From contig CAXXWC010000014.1 in the NCBI GenBank assembly GCA_963668645.2, positions 66,998 to 130,997 on the forward strand: a stretch of 64,000 bases of DNA, given 5' to 3'. Made by a program: the position numbers and the translations under genes. The notes below the pieces were generated by a model. It ran no database searches. It was not told the origin of the DNA and saw only the letters and a list, made by a program, of their open reading frames with translations. Numbering within the stretch: position 1 is the stretch's first letter; each line of letters opens with the position of its first letter. Below are positions 1 to 10,109 of this stretch, in pieces. This DNA is from Desulfobacterales bacterium. Lineage in GTDB: Bacteria > Desulfobacterota > Desulfobacteria > Desulfobacterales > UBA2174.

Positions 1-17
1 TGCCCGGCCTGGTTGGA

Positions 18-46
18 TTGACACGGTACCATGCCTCTGGTATAGG
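18..46 (+). promoter_or_regulatory. sigma70-like promoter
   Basis: TTGACA-17 nt-TATAGG; hexamers and spacing identical in copy 2 (3869-3897). Confidence 0.55.
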
Positions 47-509
47 CCTATTTTCATAGTGAACTCAAAAAGAGACGAGCCATGATAAATGTGCCCTTAA
101 AAACCCCAAGCGCCGTAAATCAGGCGGATGGGGTTTTGTTGTTTCTGGGCTAGGTGATATTTATGGCTTGATTTGGAAGCTTTCAAGCCGAAATAATAAT
201 CCTTTACGGAGCGTTCATCTGCCACGTATCCGAGAATAAAAACGACTTTGCATATCCATTGATGAAGGCATGACGCTTAGAGAACGTGGCTGTGTAGTAC
301 GATGAATTCAGGATAAAACTGCGCGACTCGATCCAACGGTGACTCCATGATAAAATTTCGAGTGATGATGTTTGGTAAAACGAATGACCTGGTTGCAGTA
401 GGTCTGCGTGGAAAAGTAGGCGTTATGGACCTGCCGTACCAGCTCAATGATTTTAAAATTTGAGGCAGGGGAAAATTGGGGCTTATTTCACACCTCTTTC
501 CCTTAATAT

Positions 510-652
510 CGGGAACAAGGAAAATTAAAACATGGAAAAATTTGGGTGGATTTTTCATGTCATCATGGATAAATAGAATTGTTAGTTAGAAAAATCAACG
601 TTCTATAGCGGTAATAGTAATCAAAATTTGTCATCTATTGCAGCTGTTCTGC
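510..652 (+). other. attC-like site (long, family A)
   Basis: GGAAC...CATGGAAAAATTTG left arm versus CAAAATTTGTCATCTATTGCAGCT-GTTCTGC right arm; homologous to 4360-4502. Confidence 0.6.
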
Positions 653-759
653 ACAGCGATATTATTATAAAGGCAACGCAAAATGGATGATTTAGGAACA
701 GAAGGCCGCGGTTCGCAGCCAATAGTTGATTCGTGATCGAAGCAAAAAGGAGATTAAGA

Positions 760-1251
760 ATGCACATAATTAAAGAAGATGTAGATGAATTCCACAAGCA
801 GCTCCGACATGGCGTTGTCCAACGCGTTTATAGGGCTTTGCTCTCTTTTATGACTGGACTACAAAGACATTTCAAAGAAAAATATCCAGAGCATTCCATA
901 TCATCTCTATATCAAGGGTATTTGGATATGACATATTTTGCTGTCTTCCCACCGTCATTTAAAAAACATGGTTTGAAGTGCGCAATTGTCTTCAACTACG
1001 AATCATTCCGTTTTGAGGCTTGGCTCGCGGGTAAAAACAGGAACATCAATAGACAATATTGGGAGATATTCAAGAATCAAAAATTACCAGGATATCGAAT
1101 TGTCACACCTGGAAAAGGTGTTGACTCGTTTGTCCAATATGATCTCGTAAAAGGGCTTGAACTCAGCGAGGCGGATGCGTTAACAACACTCATTGAGACG
1201 CGAATAGACGAATTTATAAAAAACATTGAAGCAGTTTTATCGAAGATATAG
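760..1251 (+). CDS. Conserved hypothetical cassette protein (DUF7000-like)
   Basis: ORF with AGGAG RBS before ATG760; motifs YQGYLDMTYF and RFEAWLAGKN. Confidence 0.65.
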   Translation: MHIIKEDVDEFHKQLRHGVVQRVYRALLSFMTGLQRHFKEKYPEHSISSLYQGYLDMTYFAVFPPSFKKHGLKCAIVFNYESFRFEAWLAGKNRNINRQYWEIFKNQKLPGYRIVTPGKGVDSFVQYDLVKGLELSEADALTTLIETRIDEFIKNIEAVLSKI

Positions 1252-1511
1252 GCAAAGAAAAAATGTAATTACTATGGTGAACCAAGGTTTGCAGCAGATT
1301 GCACTCGTAGTTATATGGGGTTTGACTATCTACATTAGCCGTGGTAGCCCGTGAATACGCAGAATTTCTTTGAATTAGAAAAAAGTGTTAGTGGCCATGA
1401 CAACATCTTAATTGAATTAGTTAAGGAAATAAGGAGCTTATCGATAGTCTAAGGGAAGAAGCATGCTATCGGTTTCATTGAGGCAGGTATAAAGAAAAGG
1501 AAATAAAGAAC

Positions 1512-1577
1512 GCAGAACTATTGGTTGAACTTGCCCGGGTGAAACGATGCGCCCGGCAAGTTGCCCGCACGATGGTG
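1512..1577 (+). other. Degenerate attC site
   Basis: GCAGAAC...AACTTGCCCGGG / CCCGGCAAGTT imperfect palindrome; core GTT appears mutated to GAT. Confidence 0.5.
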
Positions 1578-1593
1578 GAAATAGAGTGATAAA

Positions 1594-2079
1594 ATGAAAA
1601 ACGATATTTCTCAATTTAATTTTCGAGCAATGAAACAAGGTGAGGAAGCTGATGTTGTAAGTTTGGTTTTAAATGTTTTTGCGGAATTTGTGGCTCCGGA
1701 TTTTTCTAATGACGGAGTCTTGGAATTCAAAAAATTTGTAAATAAAGAATCAATAGTTGAAAGATGCCAAGCAGGAAATTTGATCGTTGTTGCGCTAGTT
1801 AAAAGTCAAATTATTGGCATTATAGAGATGCGGAATGATAGCCATATTGCATTGTTTTTCGTTGAAAAATCATATCAGAAAAGGGGCGTGGCAAAAAAGC
1901 TGCTCTTTGAGGCATTAAAGGAATGCAGGAAAAGAAACCAAAAAATACAAAGAATCACAGTCAATTCTTCACCAAATGCATATGTCGCATATCAGAGATT
2001 GGGCTTCAAGGGTAAAAATAGTGTAGAAACGGCCAATGGCATTCGGTTCATTCCGTTAGAACTGGTACTCGATCGATAG
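1594..2079 (+). CDS. GNAT N-acetyltransferase
   Basis: HIALFFVEKSYQKRGVAKKL acetyl-CoA motif; TVNSSPNAYVAYQRLGF. Confidence 0.9.
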   Translation: MKNDISQFNFRAMKQGEEADVVSLVLNVFAEFVAPDFSNDGVLEFKKFVNKESIVERCQAGNLIVVALVKSQIIGIIEMRNDSHIALFFVEKSYQKRGVAKKLLFEALKECRKRNQKIQRITVNSSPNAYVAYQRLGFKGKNSVETANGIRFIPLELVLDR

Positions 2080-2129
2080 TGGCGTTAGCCAACCATTCTG
2101 GTAGATAAAGTGTTTGTTTTGAAGAAAGG

Positions 2130-2705
2130 ATGAATAAGATGAACATCTTGCATATAGCGTGGAAATTTATATGTGAACGCCAGCCGCCATTGGTTCGGAT
2201 TCTTCATATCACAATTTTATGTTTGGTTTTAAGTCAGATAGTTGTCAGCAACTTCATGGGGTTTGCTGATAATGGCGAAGTAAGTAGGAAGACCATTGAA
2301 CATTATGGAACGTGGTTACACATAAGCACCGGATTATTACTATTGCCTGTTGCTTTAGTCTTCTTCTTCGTAGAATTAAAACAACATGGGCTGAAATATT
2401 TTTTTCCTTATTTCTATGGCAACTTTTCACAACTGAACGAAGATGTTAAAAAACTTAAACAATTTAAATTGCCAGAACCAAGCGCTTCTGGTATTGCTGC
2501 GATTGTTCAAGGTCTGGGGTTGGGCGCATTGATATTGGTAATTTGGTCAGGTTTAGCATGGTTTGTTTCCTGGGCCTATATAGCAACTTGGTCGGATAGC
2601 CTAAAAGAAATTCATGAAATATTAACTGGATTAATTGAAGTATATGTAGTCGGGCATGGTGGAATGGGTTTTTTGCATTTGTTTTTTCAGTTAAAAAACA
2701 AATAA
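2130..2705 (+). CDS. Cytochrome b/b6 (b561-like) membrane protein
   Basis: About four hydrophobic helices with spaced His ligands (RILH, WLH, EIHE, VGH). Confidence 0.75.
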   Translation: MNKMNILHIAWKFICERQPPLVRILHITILCLVLSQIVVSNFMGFADNGEVSRKTIEHYGTWLHISTGLLLLPVALVFFFVELKQHGLKYFFPYFYGNFSQLNEDVKKLKQFKLPEPSASGIAAIVQGLGLGALILVIWSGLAWFVSWAYIATWSDSLKEIHEILTGLIEVYVVGHGGMGFLHLFFQLKNK

Positions 2706-2794
2706 ACTGGAAGGGCATATAGACACCTGACTTCCTTAGTTCTCTGCTGATGCGTCGCCAGCCAACTTTAAATCATAAGGGAAAAGTTTGGAAA

Positions 2795-2842
2795 ATATAA
2801 CTTGATGCCGTTTAATTGAGCAAACGCAAAAGCCGGTTATGC
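2795..2842 (+). other. Possible short or degenerate attC
   Basis: ATATAAC ... GTTATGC just before the next gene's RBS; inner pairing weak. Confidence 0.35.
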
Positions 2843-2869
2843 TATCCAACTTTTCCTTCAGGAGATTTT

Positions 2870-3367
2870 ATGAATGAACTTGAGTATATCAAAATCAGAA
2901 ATGGAAAGTCTTCTGATCACGGGAAGATCGTTTCAGTAATGCCTGAGTGGTGGGGTGGAAGAGATTTATCATCCTCGGTCATAAAGGTCTTTTTCATTCA
3001 TTTCAACCAAAGTACATTTATCGCTGAAATCGAAGATGAGTTGATCGGCTTTTTAGTTGGTTTTATGTCCCAGTCTGAGGAAAGAGTCGGTTATATCCAT
3101 TTTGCTGGTGTACATCCCCAGTTCAGAAAATTTGGTATTGGGCGCCGGCTGTATGAAAGCTTTTATGCTGCTTGCAAGGTGAATGATAGATCAATTGTAA
3201 AGTCGTGCACCTCTCCTGTTAATAAATTATCGATAAATTTTCATCAAAAGATAGGATTTGAGATTGAGTCAGGAAACGGAATCGTTGATGATGTGCCTGT
3301 CACATTAAATTATCTTGGAAAGGGAAATCACAAGGTGCTTTTCAAGAAAGTGCTGGATAAAAGATAA
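2870..3367 (+). CDS. GNAT N-acetyltransferase
   Basis: WWGGRD; YIHFAGVHPQFRKFGIGRRLY; AGGAG RBS before ATG2870. Confidence 0.9.
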   Translation: MNELEYIKIRNGKSSDHGKIVSVMPEWWGGRDLSSSVIKVFFIHFNQSTFIAEIEDELIGFLVGFMSQSEERVGYIHFAGVHPQFRKFGIGRRLYESFYAACKVNDRSIVKSCTSPVNKLSINFHQKIGFEIESGNGIVDDVPVTLNYLGKGNHKVLFKKVLDKR

Positions 3368-3868
3368 CCTCAATCCGAGTTCAACAAAGCTTCAACCTTA
3401 GCGGGAAAATGGGTATTGTCGGGTTTTTAGAAACCATCTCAAAAAAGGTCTTTTGGTCCAATTTCAGCGTTTTGCCCTCACTTCTAGTCCTCGGCATACT
3501 TGAGAGGGCACGGAAAAAAGCTTATTCCTTGACTTTCAGTTTTCCGGGCACACCCACGGGGCGCAGCTATTTCCGGGCCAGATTGTTATGGCAATCGTCC
3601 AGCCTTTTGTGTCCGGCATGCACCGGTTTCGGTCCACTTTGATCTACGTCAACTCCGGTGAGGGTGCCTGGGGCCGCAGTCCAGGCTGGGATCTGCGGCG
3701 GAAATCACGGCCTACGTTCCGCGAACCGAATAGCAGGAGTCACTGCTCCACAGCCGCCTTCAATCAACTTAAGGCGGAACGCGGAACCAAGTCCAGCTGG
3801 TGAGTGGGGTGCGGTTTGCCAAACACTTGCGTTTCATCGCCTGGTAAATTTTGCCCAAACAGATTGGA

Positions 3869-3897
3869 TTGACACGGCACCATGCCTCTGATATAGG
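3869..3897 (+). promoter_or_regulatory. sigma70-like promoter
   Basis: TTGACA-17 nt-TATAGG, as in copy 1. Confidence 0.55.
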
Positions 3898-4359
3898 CCT
3901 GTTTCTATAGTGAACCAAAAAGGGAGAAGCCATGATAGCTGTACCCTTAAAAACCCCAATCGCCGAAAAATAGGCAGATGGGGTTTGGTTGTTTTGGGGA
4001 TGAGCGGTATTGGTGATTGGGTTTAGAAGCTTTTAGGCGACAAGGAAGAGTGCTTTGCGGGCACGTATCAGAGGATAAGAACGACCTCGTTAATCCATAG
4101 GTGAGGGCATTACGCTCCGGAAGCATGGCTGTGTGGTACGACGGATTCACGCTGAAACTGGGCGATTCGATTCGACGGTTGCTTCATGATGTGTTTTAAA
4201 GCCGTTATGTTTGACAAAATCTGTGGTACAGTAGCCGGTCTTTTCAGTGCGGTAGGCGTAGTGATAGTAGCACAGAAACCTGCCGTACGTGCTACATGGG
4301 CCCAAGGCCGGAGGGAGGGGTAAATTGGGGCGTATTTTGCATCTTCTCCCCTTAATATC

Positions 4360-4502
4360 AAGTAACAAGGAAATTCAAAACATGGAAAATTATTTGCAGA
4401 TTTTTGATGTTATCATGGATAAATACAATTGTTAGCTGGAAAAATTGACATGCTATAAGGGTAATAGCAAGCAAAATTTTCCATCTATTACAACTGTTAG
4501 CG
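4360..4502 (+). other. attC-like site (long, family A)
   Basis: AAGTAAC...ATGGAAAATTATTTGC / GCAAAATTTTCCATCTATTACAACT-GTTAGCG; arms are complementary. Confidence 0.7.
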
Positions 4503-4621
4503 GAGTCAAGAGTATACTGTCTCTGTCAGAAGAGGCCCTTTGTTAGTGCCAGAGCAACGTTCATGGTTAAATAGTTGAAGATCGTTTTTGAATTTTAATT
4601 GTATGTTGGAGATTTGGTTAA

Positions 4622-5029
4622 ATGGAATATCTGGGATCATGTTTATGTAGAACTGTTAAGTATAAAGTTGTTGGTGAATTCGAGAGTTTCTTTTTGTGTC
4701 ATTGTCGTTACTGCCAGAAAGATACGGGGTCTGCACATGCAGCAAATTTATTTTCGTCAACAGCCAAACTTGAATGGATTAAAGGCGAAAACAATGTACG
4801 AGTATTTCAAGTGAAGAAATCCAGTCATGAAAAAGCATTCTGCGTAACATGTGGATCTGCAGTACCTAATGTACAAATGGACGGTAGGCTTCTGGTGGTT
4901 CCGGCCGGAAGCCTGGATTGTAAATTGGATAAAATACCAGATGGACATATATTTATTTCGAACAAAGCAAACTGGGATGAAGCATTGGAAACGGTGAAAA
5001 AGTTTGAGCGATTTCCAGTTGAAGAGTAA
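4622..5029 (+). CDS. GFA family (glutathione-dependent formaldehyde-activating) protein
   Basis: GSCLC, CHCRYCQK and FCVTCGS zinc motifs. Confidence 0.92.
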   Translation: MEYLGSCLCRTVKYKVVGEFESFFLCHCRYCQKDTGSAHAANLFSSTAKLEWIKGENNVRVFQVKKSSHEKAFCVTCGSAVPNVQMDGRLLVVPAGSLDCKLDKIPDGHIFISNKANWDEALETVKKFERFPVEE

Positions 5030-5096
5030 ATCGCTATGAATCATGAAAGCCCTTTATTAAAGGGCTATTAGCAAAAAAAAGTGCTTGAAAAAAATC

Positions 5097-5172
5097 CGCA
5101 AACAACTGCTTCCAGGAGACACCATAACCGCGCTTCCGCGCGGTCAAGGCGCCCCTGAAGCAGAGGTTAATC
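5097..5172 (+). other. attC site
   Basis: AACAACTGCTTCCAGG...CCTGAAGCAGAG-GTTAATC; classic attC arms with an unpaired base and a GC central palindrome. Confidence 0.85.
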
Positions 5173-5190
5173 CCTGAAAAATCGTGAGAT

Positions 5191-5769
5191 ATGAAACAAG
5201 AAACTGGAATCATATCAAACTGGAACGAAGAAAGGGGCTTTGGGTTTATTAAGCCCTCCAATGGAGGGGATAAGCTGTTTTTTCACATTAGCGATTACAG
5301 CAATAAGTATAAACGTCCGATTTCTGATCTTAGTGTGAATTATCATTTATCAACAGATCGAAAAGGAAGAAAATGTGCCATCAATGTCACTCCTATAAAA
5401 GGTCACAGAAGCAATAGGAAAGAGATAGGTCAAAGACTGTTTTCATTAATTTTGGTTGTTCTATGGGGGGGAGCCATCTTAATTATTCATAATAAAAGGT
5501 TAATTCCAACCGTGATCCTTTATATATATCCATTTATGAGCTTCATTGCCTTCGTAGCGTACGCAAAAGATAAACATGCTGCCCAGAATGAAAAGTGGAG
5601 AATTTCTGAGAACACCTTGCATATTTTATCAATCTTAGGAGGCTGGCCAGGAGCTAAACTTGCTCAAAGTTTCCTCAGGCATAAATCAAAAAAAATCTCC
5701 TTTAGGATAATTTATTGGATAACTGTTTGTATTAATTGCGTAGCATTGTATTGGCTGACAACCCCTTGA
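5191..5769 (+). CDS. Cold-shock domain + DUF1294 membrane protein
   Basis: WNEERGFGFI / FFHIS cold-shock motifs; DKHAAQNEKWRISENTLH...GGWPGA DUF1294 motif. Confidence 0.92.
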   Translation: MKQETGIISNWNEERGFGFIKPSNGGDKLFFHISDYSNKYKRPISDLSVNYHLSTDRKGRKCAINVTPIKGHRSNRKEIGQRLFSLILVVLWGGAILIIHNKRLIPTVILYIYPFMSFIAFVAYAKDKHAAQNEKWRISENTLHILSILGGWPGAKLAQSFLRHKSKKISFRIIYWITVCINCVALYWLTTP

Positions 5770-5812
5770 AGGTATAACTTGGATAAAAAGACTAATGAAA
5801 AGCGTAAATATA

Positions 5813-5949
5813 GGTTGACAAATAGCTGGAGCAGGACCAAGCTTACCGTGTGGCCTTTCGGAAGTAGCTGGTTCAGGAAAAATTAACTTTTTATCGGAGC
5901 GTTTAGGGTTCAAAAGCCTGGCCTCCCAGTTCCCAGTTCCCTGTTGGGC
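5813..5949 (+). other. attC site (family B)
   Basis: ACAAATAGCTGGAG...CCCAGTTCCCT-GTTGGGC; homologous to 10545-10674. Confidence 0.7.
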
Positions 5950-6002
5950 GTCATTGAGTGCGCGACAGAATGCACAGAGGGCCTGAGCATTTCTGGGAAA
6001 CT

Positions 6003-6518
6003 TCAGTTACATGTTACAGAATCCAGGATTTTTTTGAACAATTCCTGATCTTTGCCAAAATCGGCTGTAGGAGATTGACAGTCAAAAAAATTCAGCAACT
6101 TCATTGGTCCAATGTCTTCAATCAAAATTAAACCATGATGTTTGTAGCCGCGAGTGTCTATTTCTACAAACAACCCTTCCATACCACACTTTTTTATTTT
6201 ACCTACGATTTTCGGAACACTGCCATAATAAAAAGCAAGGAGTTCATTTCTGTTTTTTCCCGGCATTGGCGGAATAGCACCAACATGAAGGCTCGTTTTG
6301 GGACGGCCCATATTCAGGATTTTTTCTTTAGGAGCCCAGATGTCCGTATCGGCATCTTCTTTCCATGTACCAGGGATTTTGAAGGTATAGTCTTCATGTG
6401 ATATCTTTTTCCAGACAGGCTTAGTTCCAGCCTCAACAAACACTACATTGATAGCGGCTGTCATTATTGCAACTGTCAGAAGAACAATAAATCCTGGGAC
6501 TATCTTGGTCTGTTTCAT
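6003..6518 (-). CDS. Hypothetical exported protein
   Basis: 171-aa ORF with N-terminal hydrophobic signal-like segment and GGAGA RBS. Confidence 0.65.
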   Translation of the reverse strand: MKQTKIVPGFIVLLTVAIMTAAINVVFVEAGTKPVWKKISHEDYTFKIPGTWKEDADTDIWAPKEKILNMGRPKTSLHVGAIPPMPGKNRNELLAFYYGSVPKIVGKIKKCGMEGLFVEIDTRGYKHHGLILIEDIGPMKLLNFFDCQSPTADFGKDQELFKKILDSVTCN

Positions 6519-6693
6519 CTCTTCTCCTTGGTAATTATGGTTATCTTATAGATAGTTTCCATCCGCGGTCGTAACTATCTGGTCAGCATAAAAAAACGTA
6601 TTTTGAGCTGGAGTTTCGAGGCTGATTGTAGTGTAAACGATGGCATCAAACAACCGTAAATACTAATAAAGCCGAAAAATAAACCAACTCAAA

Positions 6694-7451
6694 ATGCGCG
6701 AAAAATGGCAACGCCAAATGCCCCTGATGCCCGAGATCGCCAGTCACATCCAAGCCCAAGAGCTCGAAGTCATCTCCGGCATTCTGGACAGCAAACCTAT
6801 CATCACCGAGTTCGTGCTGCAAGACCTTTGCAAGCGGCGCAGTGTCGTCAGCCGTGCCGGGGCCAAAGGCATGAGCGCCGAGCAGGTGCTGCGAGCGGCC
6901 GTGGTAATGAGGCTCCACGAGTTGACCTACCAGGATCTGGCTTTTCATCTGGTCGACAGCCAGAGTATCCGGCGTTTTTGCCGTATCGGCATTGCCGGCA
7001 AGGGGTTCAAAAAGTCGGTGCTCGACAAAAACATCAAGGCCCTGTCGGATCAGACCTGGGAAGCGATCAATTTTGAAGTGCTCGGTTATGCCAAGCAAAA
7101 CAAGATCGAAAAAGGCCGTGAGGTGCGCATCGACTGTACAGTGGTCGAAAGCAACATCCACGCCCCCAGTGATTCGAGCCTGTTGTATGATTGTGTGCGG
7201 GTGCTGAGCCGGTTGCAGCAGAGGGCCCAGGATTTTGGTCTGGGTTGATTTGGATACCACGATCACCGCCGGGTGGCCAAACGGCGCATGGTCAAAATCC
7301 AGTACGTCCGCAGTAAAAATGAACGCCGTGGGGCCTATGTCGATATGATCAAGTACACGGTAAAGTCGTTGGCTTCGGCCCGGCGCGCTATCGAACGGCT
7401 CAAGACGGTCGGTGCTGACAACCTGACCGCGCTGGGCTTGTTTTTTGAATT
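6694..7451 (+). pseudogene. ISNCY/IS5-like transposase relic
   Basis: GMSAEQVLRA; RIDCTVVESNIHAPSDSSLLYD DDE motif; internal TGA at 7246-7248; cut at 7452 by an IS3. Confidence 0.8.
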
Positions 7452-8200
7452 TGATTTTCTCCCAAATTAGTGGACACCCCGAAAAGCCCAAGGTATACGG
7501 GCGTCAGGAGGTGATCCAATGGCACAGAAAAAGAGAAAGATTTACTCGCGAGAATTCAAGGTCGAGGCTGTAAACCTGATTACCCAAAAGGGATACAGCA
7601 TCGCTGAAGCCTCGCGGAATCTCGGTATAGAATACAGCGTGTTACGACGCTAGAAGTCAGAACTGGCTAAAGAACCCCTGCACGCTTTTCCTGGTAAAGG
7701 AAAGCTTGCCGCTCCGGACGAGGAAATGCGTAACCTCCGCCGTGAGCTGGATCGCGTCAAACAGGAGCGTGACATCCTAAAAAAAGCGCTAGCCTACTTT
7801 GCGGAGGATCAGAAATGAAATTTCGATTCATCTCTGAACACGTGGAGACGTTCACTGTAGACCGCATGTGCAAGCTGCTAAACGTCTCCCGCTCCGGCTT
7901 CTATGCCTGGAAAAAGCGTCCGGAAAGCCGCCGGAGCCGTGAAAACCGGGTTCTGGAGGATCGAATCCGGCTATCGCATGCAAACAGTCACGGTATCTAC
8001 GGAGCGCCGCGGATTCACCAGGATCTGAGCGATGACGGCGTGCGTTGCGGGAAAAACCGTGTCGCCCGTATGATGCGCAATGCCGGTATCCGATCTCGTA
8101 CGAGAAAGAAGTTCAAGGCAACGACGAACTCTCGGCATAATCTACCAGTTGCACAGAATTTACTTGACCGGGACTTCAACGCAAAGGCTCCCGACACCGC
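7452..8200 (+). mobile_element. IS3-family element, truncated (orfA 7519-7818 with internal TAG; orfB 5' part)
   Basis: TG-starting end TGATTTTCTCCCAAATTAGTGGACAC; orfA YSREFKVEAV; A7G slippery site at 7779-7786; orfB YGAPRI...TTNSRH...LDRDF, then the sequence breaks off. Confidence 0.88.
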
Positions 8201-8439
8201 ACGGGAGAGGAGTCCCTCAACCACCTCTTTTCGCGGATCGTGAAAGACCGCGTCCGCTGAAGAAAGGGTACCTTGGGTCGAGCCACATTAACCTTTTGAT
8301 ACAAACCGTAAAAGCTGATAATAATTGCTTCCAGACGGGGCTATATTGCGTTTTTTAGGGTGAAAATGCCCATATAGGAGATTGAGATGGCAAGGGCTCA
8401 CCGGTCGGCTTTTGTTTCAGGTCAGATTGAGGTGGATGA

Positions 8440-8834
8440 CCCCTCTATGTCAGGGTGAAAGGACCTTCAGCCTGATCACTGAAATAAAGCGCGAGTCGAT
8501 CCATTTGTTTCTGGGCCAGGAACGCCGGCGGAGTTTTTTAGATTTTCGGATAGGGCGGCTTGACGGCGATGTTTTCTGCGACGTGGTCATGCAGGATGAG
8601 GAAATGATTGTAGTAGGGGCAAGGCAGGGGATTTTACATGGACCGAAGAACGCCTGAATTTGCCAACGAAATCGGACAAATCCAGATAGGCAATGCCCCG
8701 ATGTGTTCAACACTTCGAATTTTCAGGAAAACACGGAATTCGTGCAATCGGATGGCCAGTGCCTGTTGGGAGCGCTTGGAGAAATTTGCAAGCCGGCAGT
8801 AGTCCAGGAAGGCGGTAATGTGGTGCTGAAGCAT
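8440..8834 (-). pseudogene. Tyrosine recombinase N-terminal relic (not recognisably IntI)
   Basis: MLQHHITAFLDYCRLANFSKRS; frameshifted continuation ...HFLILHDHVAENIA...YPKI-KTPP.FL, typical of Xer/phage-integrase N-terminal domains; catalytic half missing. Confidence 0.65.
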
Positions 8835-8976
8835 GACACCTTTTCCATATCATGGGATCACGCTTCACCGTCAAACCCTTGATTTTCAACCCTTCCCAGT
8901 CCTCACCGCGGGGTTTGTTGGGCACCATTGAGTGAGCGACGGAATGCACAGCGCTCTTGTTAATAGGAGACGGAAA

Positions 8977-10017
8977 TTGAAAGCAGCAATATATCGAGCG
9001 TTTGGTAAACCGCTTACGATCGAGAGTTTGCCGGATCCGACACCTCCTCCGCGGGGTGTGGTGATCCACGTAAAGGCAACCGGGCTATGCCGAAGCGATT
9101 GGCACGGCTGGATGGGACATGATCCGGACATTCGCCTTCCCCATGTTCCTGGACACGAGCTTGCTGGAGTTATTGACGCTGTTGGCCCTGAGGTCATGAA
9201 GTGGAAACCTGGAGAGCGGGTCACGCTACCTTTTGTTTGTGGGTGCGGCGCATGCCCCCAATGCACTTCTGGCAACCATCAGGTTTGTGATCACCAGTTC
9301 CAACCGGGTTTTACGCATTGGGGATCATTTGCTGAATATGTAGCGATTGATTATGCGGACGTCAACCTGGTTCGGCTACCGGACGAGCTTGATTTCGTCA
9401 CGGCAGCAAGCCTTGGCTGCCGATTTGTGACATCGTTCCGGGCGGTGGTCGACCAAGGGAAAGTTTCGGCCGGGCAATGGGTCGCGGTACATGGATGCGG
9501 TGGGGTTGGGCTCTCGGCCATTATGATCGCAAATGCATTAGACGCGCGTGTTGTGGCGATCGACATTGATGACGCAAAACTGGAATTCGCAAAGAGTGTC
9601 GGTGCGGATGAGGTGGTAAATGTGACTGCGGTCGACTCCGTTGTTGAGAGCATTAGAAGCATCACGAGCGGTGGGGCCCACGTATCGATTGATGCGCTCG
9701 GGAGCGCCGTGACATGTTGGAACTCGATCGTAGGACTGTGCAAGCGTGGTAAGCATATTCAGGTCGGTTTGATGCTGGGCGACGACCTTCACCCAAGCCT
9801 TCCAATGGATCGGGTGATCGCAAATGAATTGGAGATCATTGGTTCCCACGGAATACAGGCACACAGGTACCCCGAACTTCTCGCAATGATTGGGGCCGGG
9901 AAATTGAAGCCACAAATGCTCATCGGCAGGACCATCAGTCTTGAGGATTCCTTGGTGGAGCTTCCTAACATGAATAGCTTCAGTGGCATAGGTGTTAAGG
10001 TAATCAACCAGTTCTGA
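8977..10017 (+). CDS. Zinc-dependent alcohol dehydrogenase
   Basis: [18 protein letters not shown] and GCGGVG motifs; TTG start after AGGAG. Confidence 0.95.
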   Translation: MKAAIYRAFGKPLTIESLPDPTPPPRGVVIHVKATGLCRSDWHGWMGHDPDIRLPHVPGHELAGVIDAVGPEVMKWKPGERVTLPFVCGCGACPQCTSGNHQVCDHQFQPGFTHWGSFAEYVAIDYADVNLVRLPDELDFVTAASLGCRFVTSFRAVVDQGKVSAGQWVAVHGCGGVGLSAIMIANALDARVVAIDIDDAKLEFAKSVGADEVVNVTAVDSVVESIRSITSGGAHVSIDALGSAVTCWNSIVGLCKRGKHIQVGLMLGDDLHPSLPMDRVIANELEIIGSHGIQAHRYPELLAMIGAGKLKPQMLIGRTISLEDSLVELPNMNSFSGIGVKVINQF

Positions 10018-10028
10018 TACGGCACAGC

Positions 10029-10095
10029 GTTTAACCTATTGCTGCACCGGATTCGGGCCTAAATGCGGCCTTCTTCGGTGAGCAAAACGTTATAT
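10029..10095 (+). other. attC site
   Basis: GTTTAACCTATTGCTGCACCGGA...TCGGTGAGCAAAAC-GTTATAT; textbook ~67-bp attC. Confidence 0.9.
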
Positions 10096-10109
10096 TTCAA
10101 AAAGGCACC

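Larger units (their letters stand above)
1..652 (+). repeat. Gene-less cassette-like unit, copy 1 (left end off-window)
   Basis: Collinear similarity by eye with 3852-4502 from the window edge (TGCCC...GGATTGACACGG) to the final GTT; no ORF conserved between the copies. Confidence 0.85.
3852..4502 (+). repeat. Gene-less cassette-like unit, copy 2
   Basis: Collinear with 1-652. Confidence 0.85.

Noticed and set aside
277..558. Minus-strand ORFs in the duplicated unit (also 4110-4368) as a degenerate IS200/RAYT transposase
   Set aside because: Frames are not conserved between the copies and no convincing HUH/Y motif is visible
1275..1320. GTGAAC...GTTATAT as an attC
   Set aside because: The left arm looks plausible but the right arm does not pair; at most a deleted relic
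3428..3545. Possible MITE relic after the GNAT
   Set aside because: Single partial copy in the window with no definable ends
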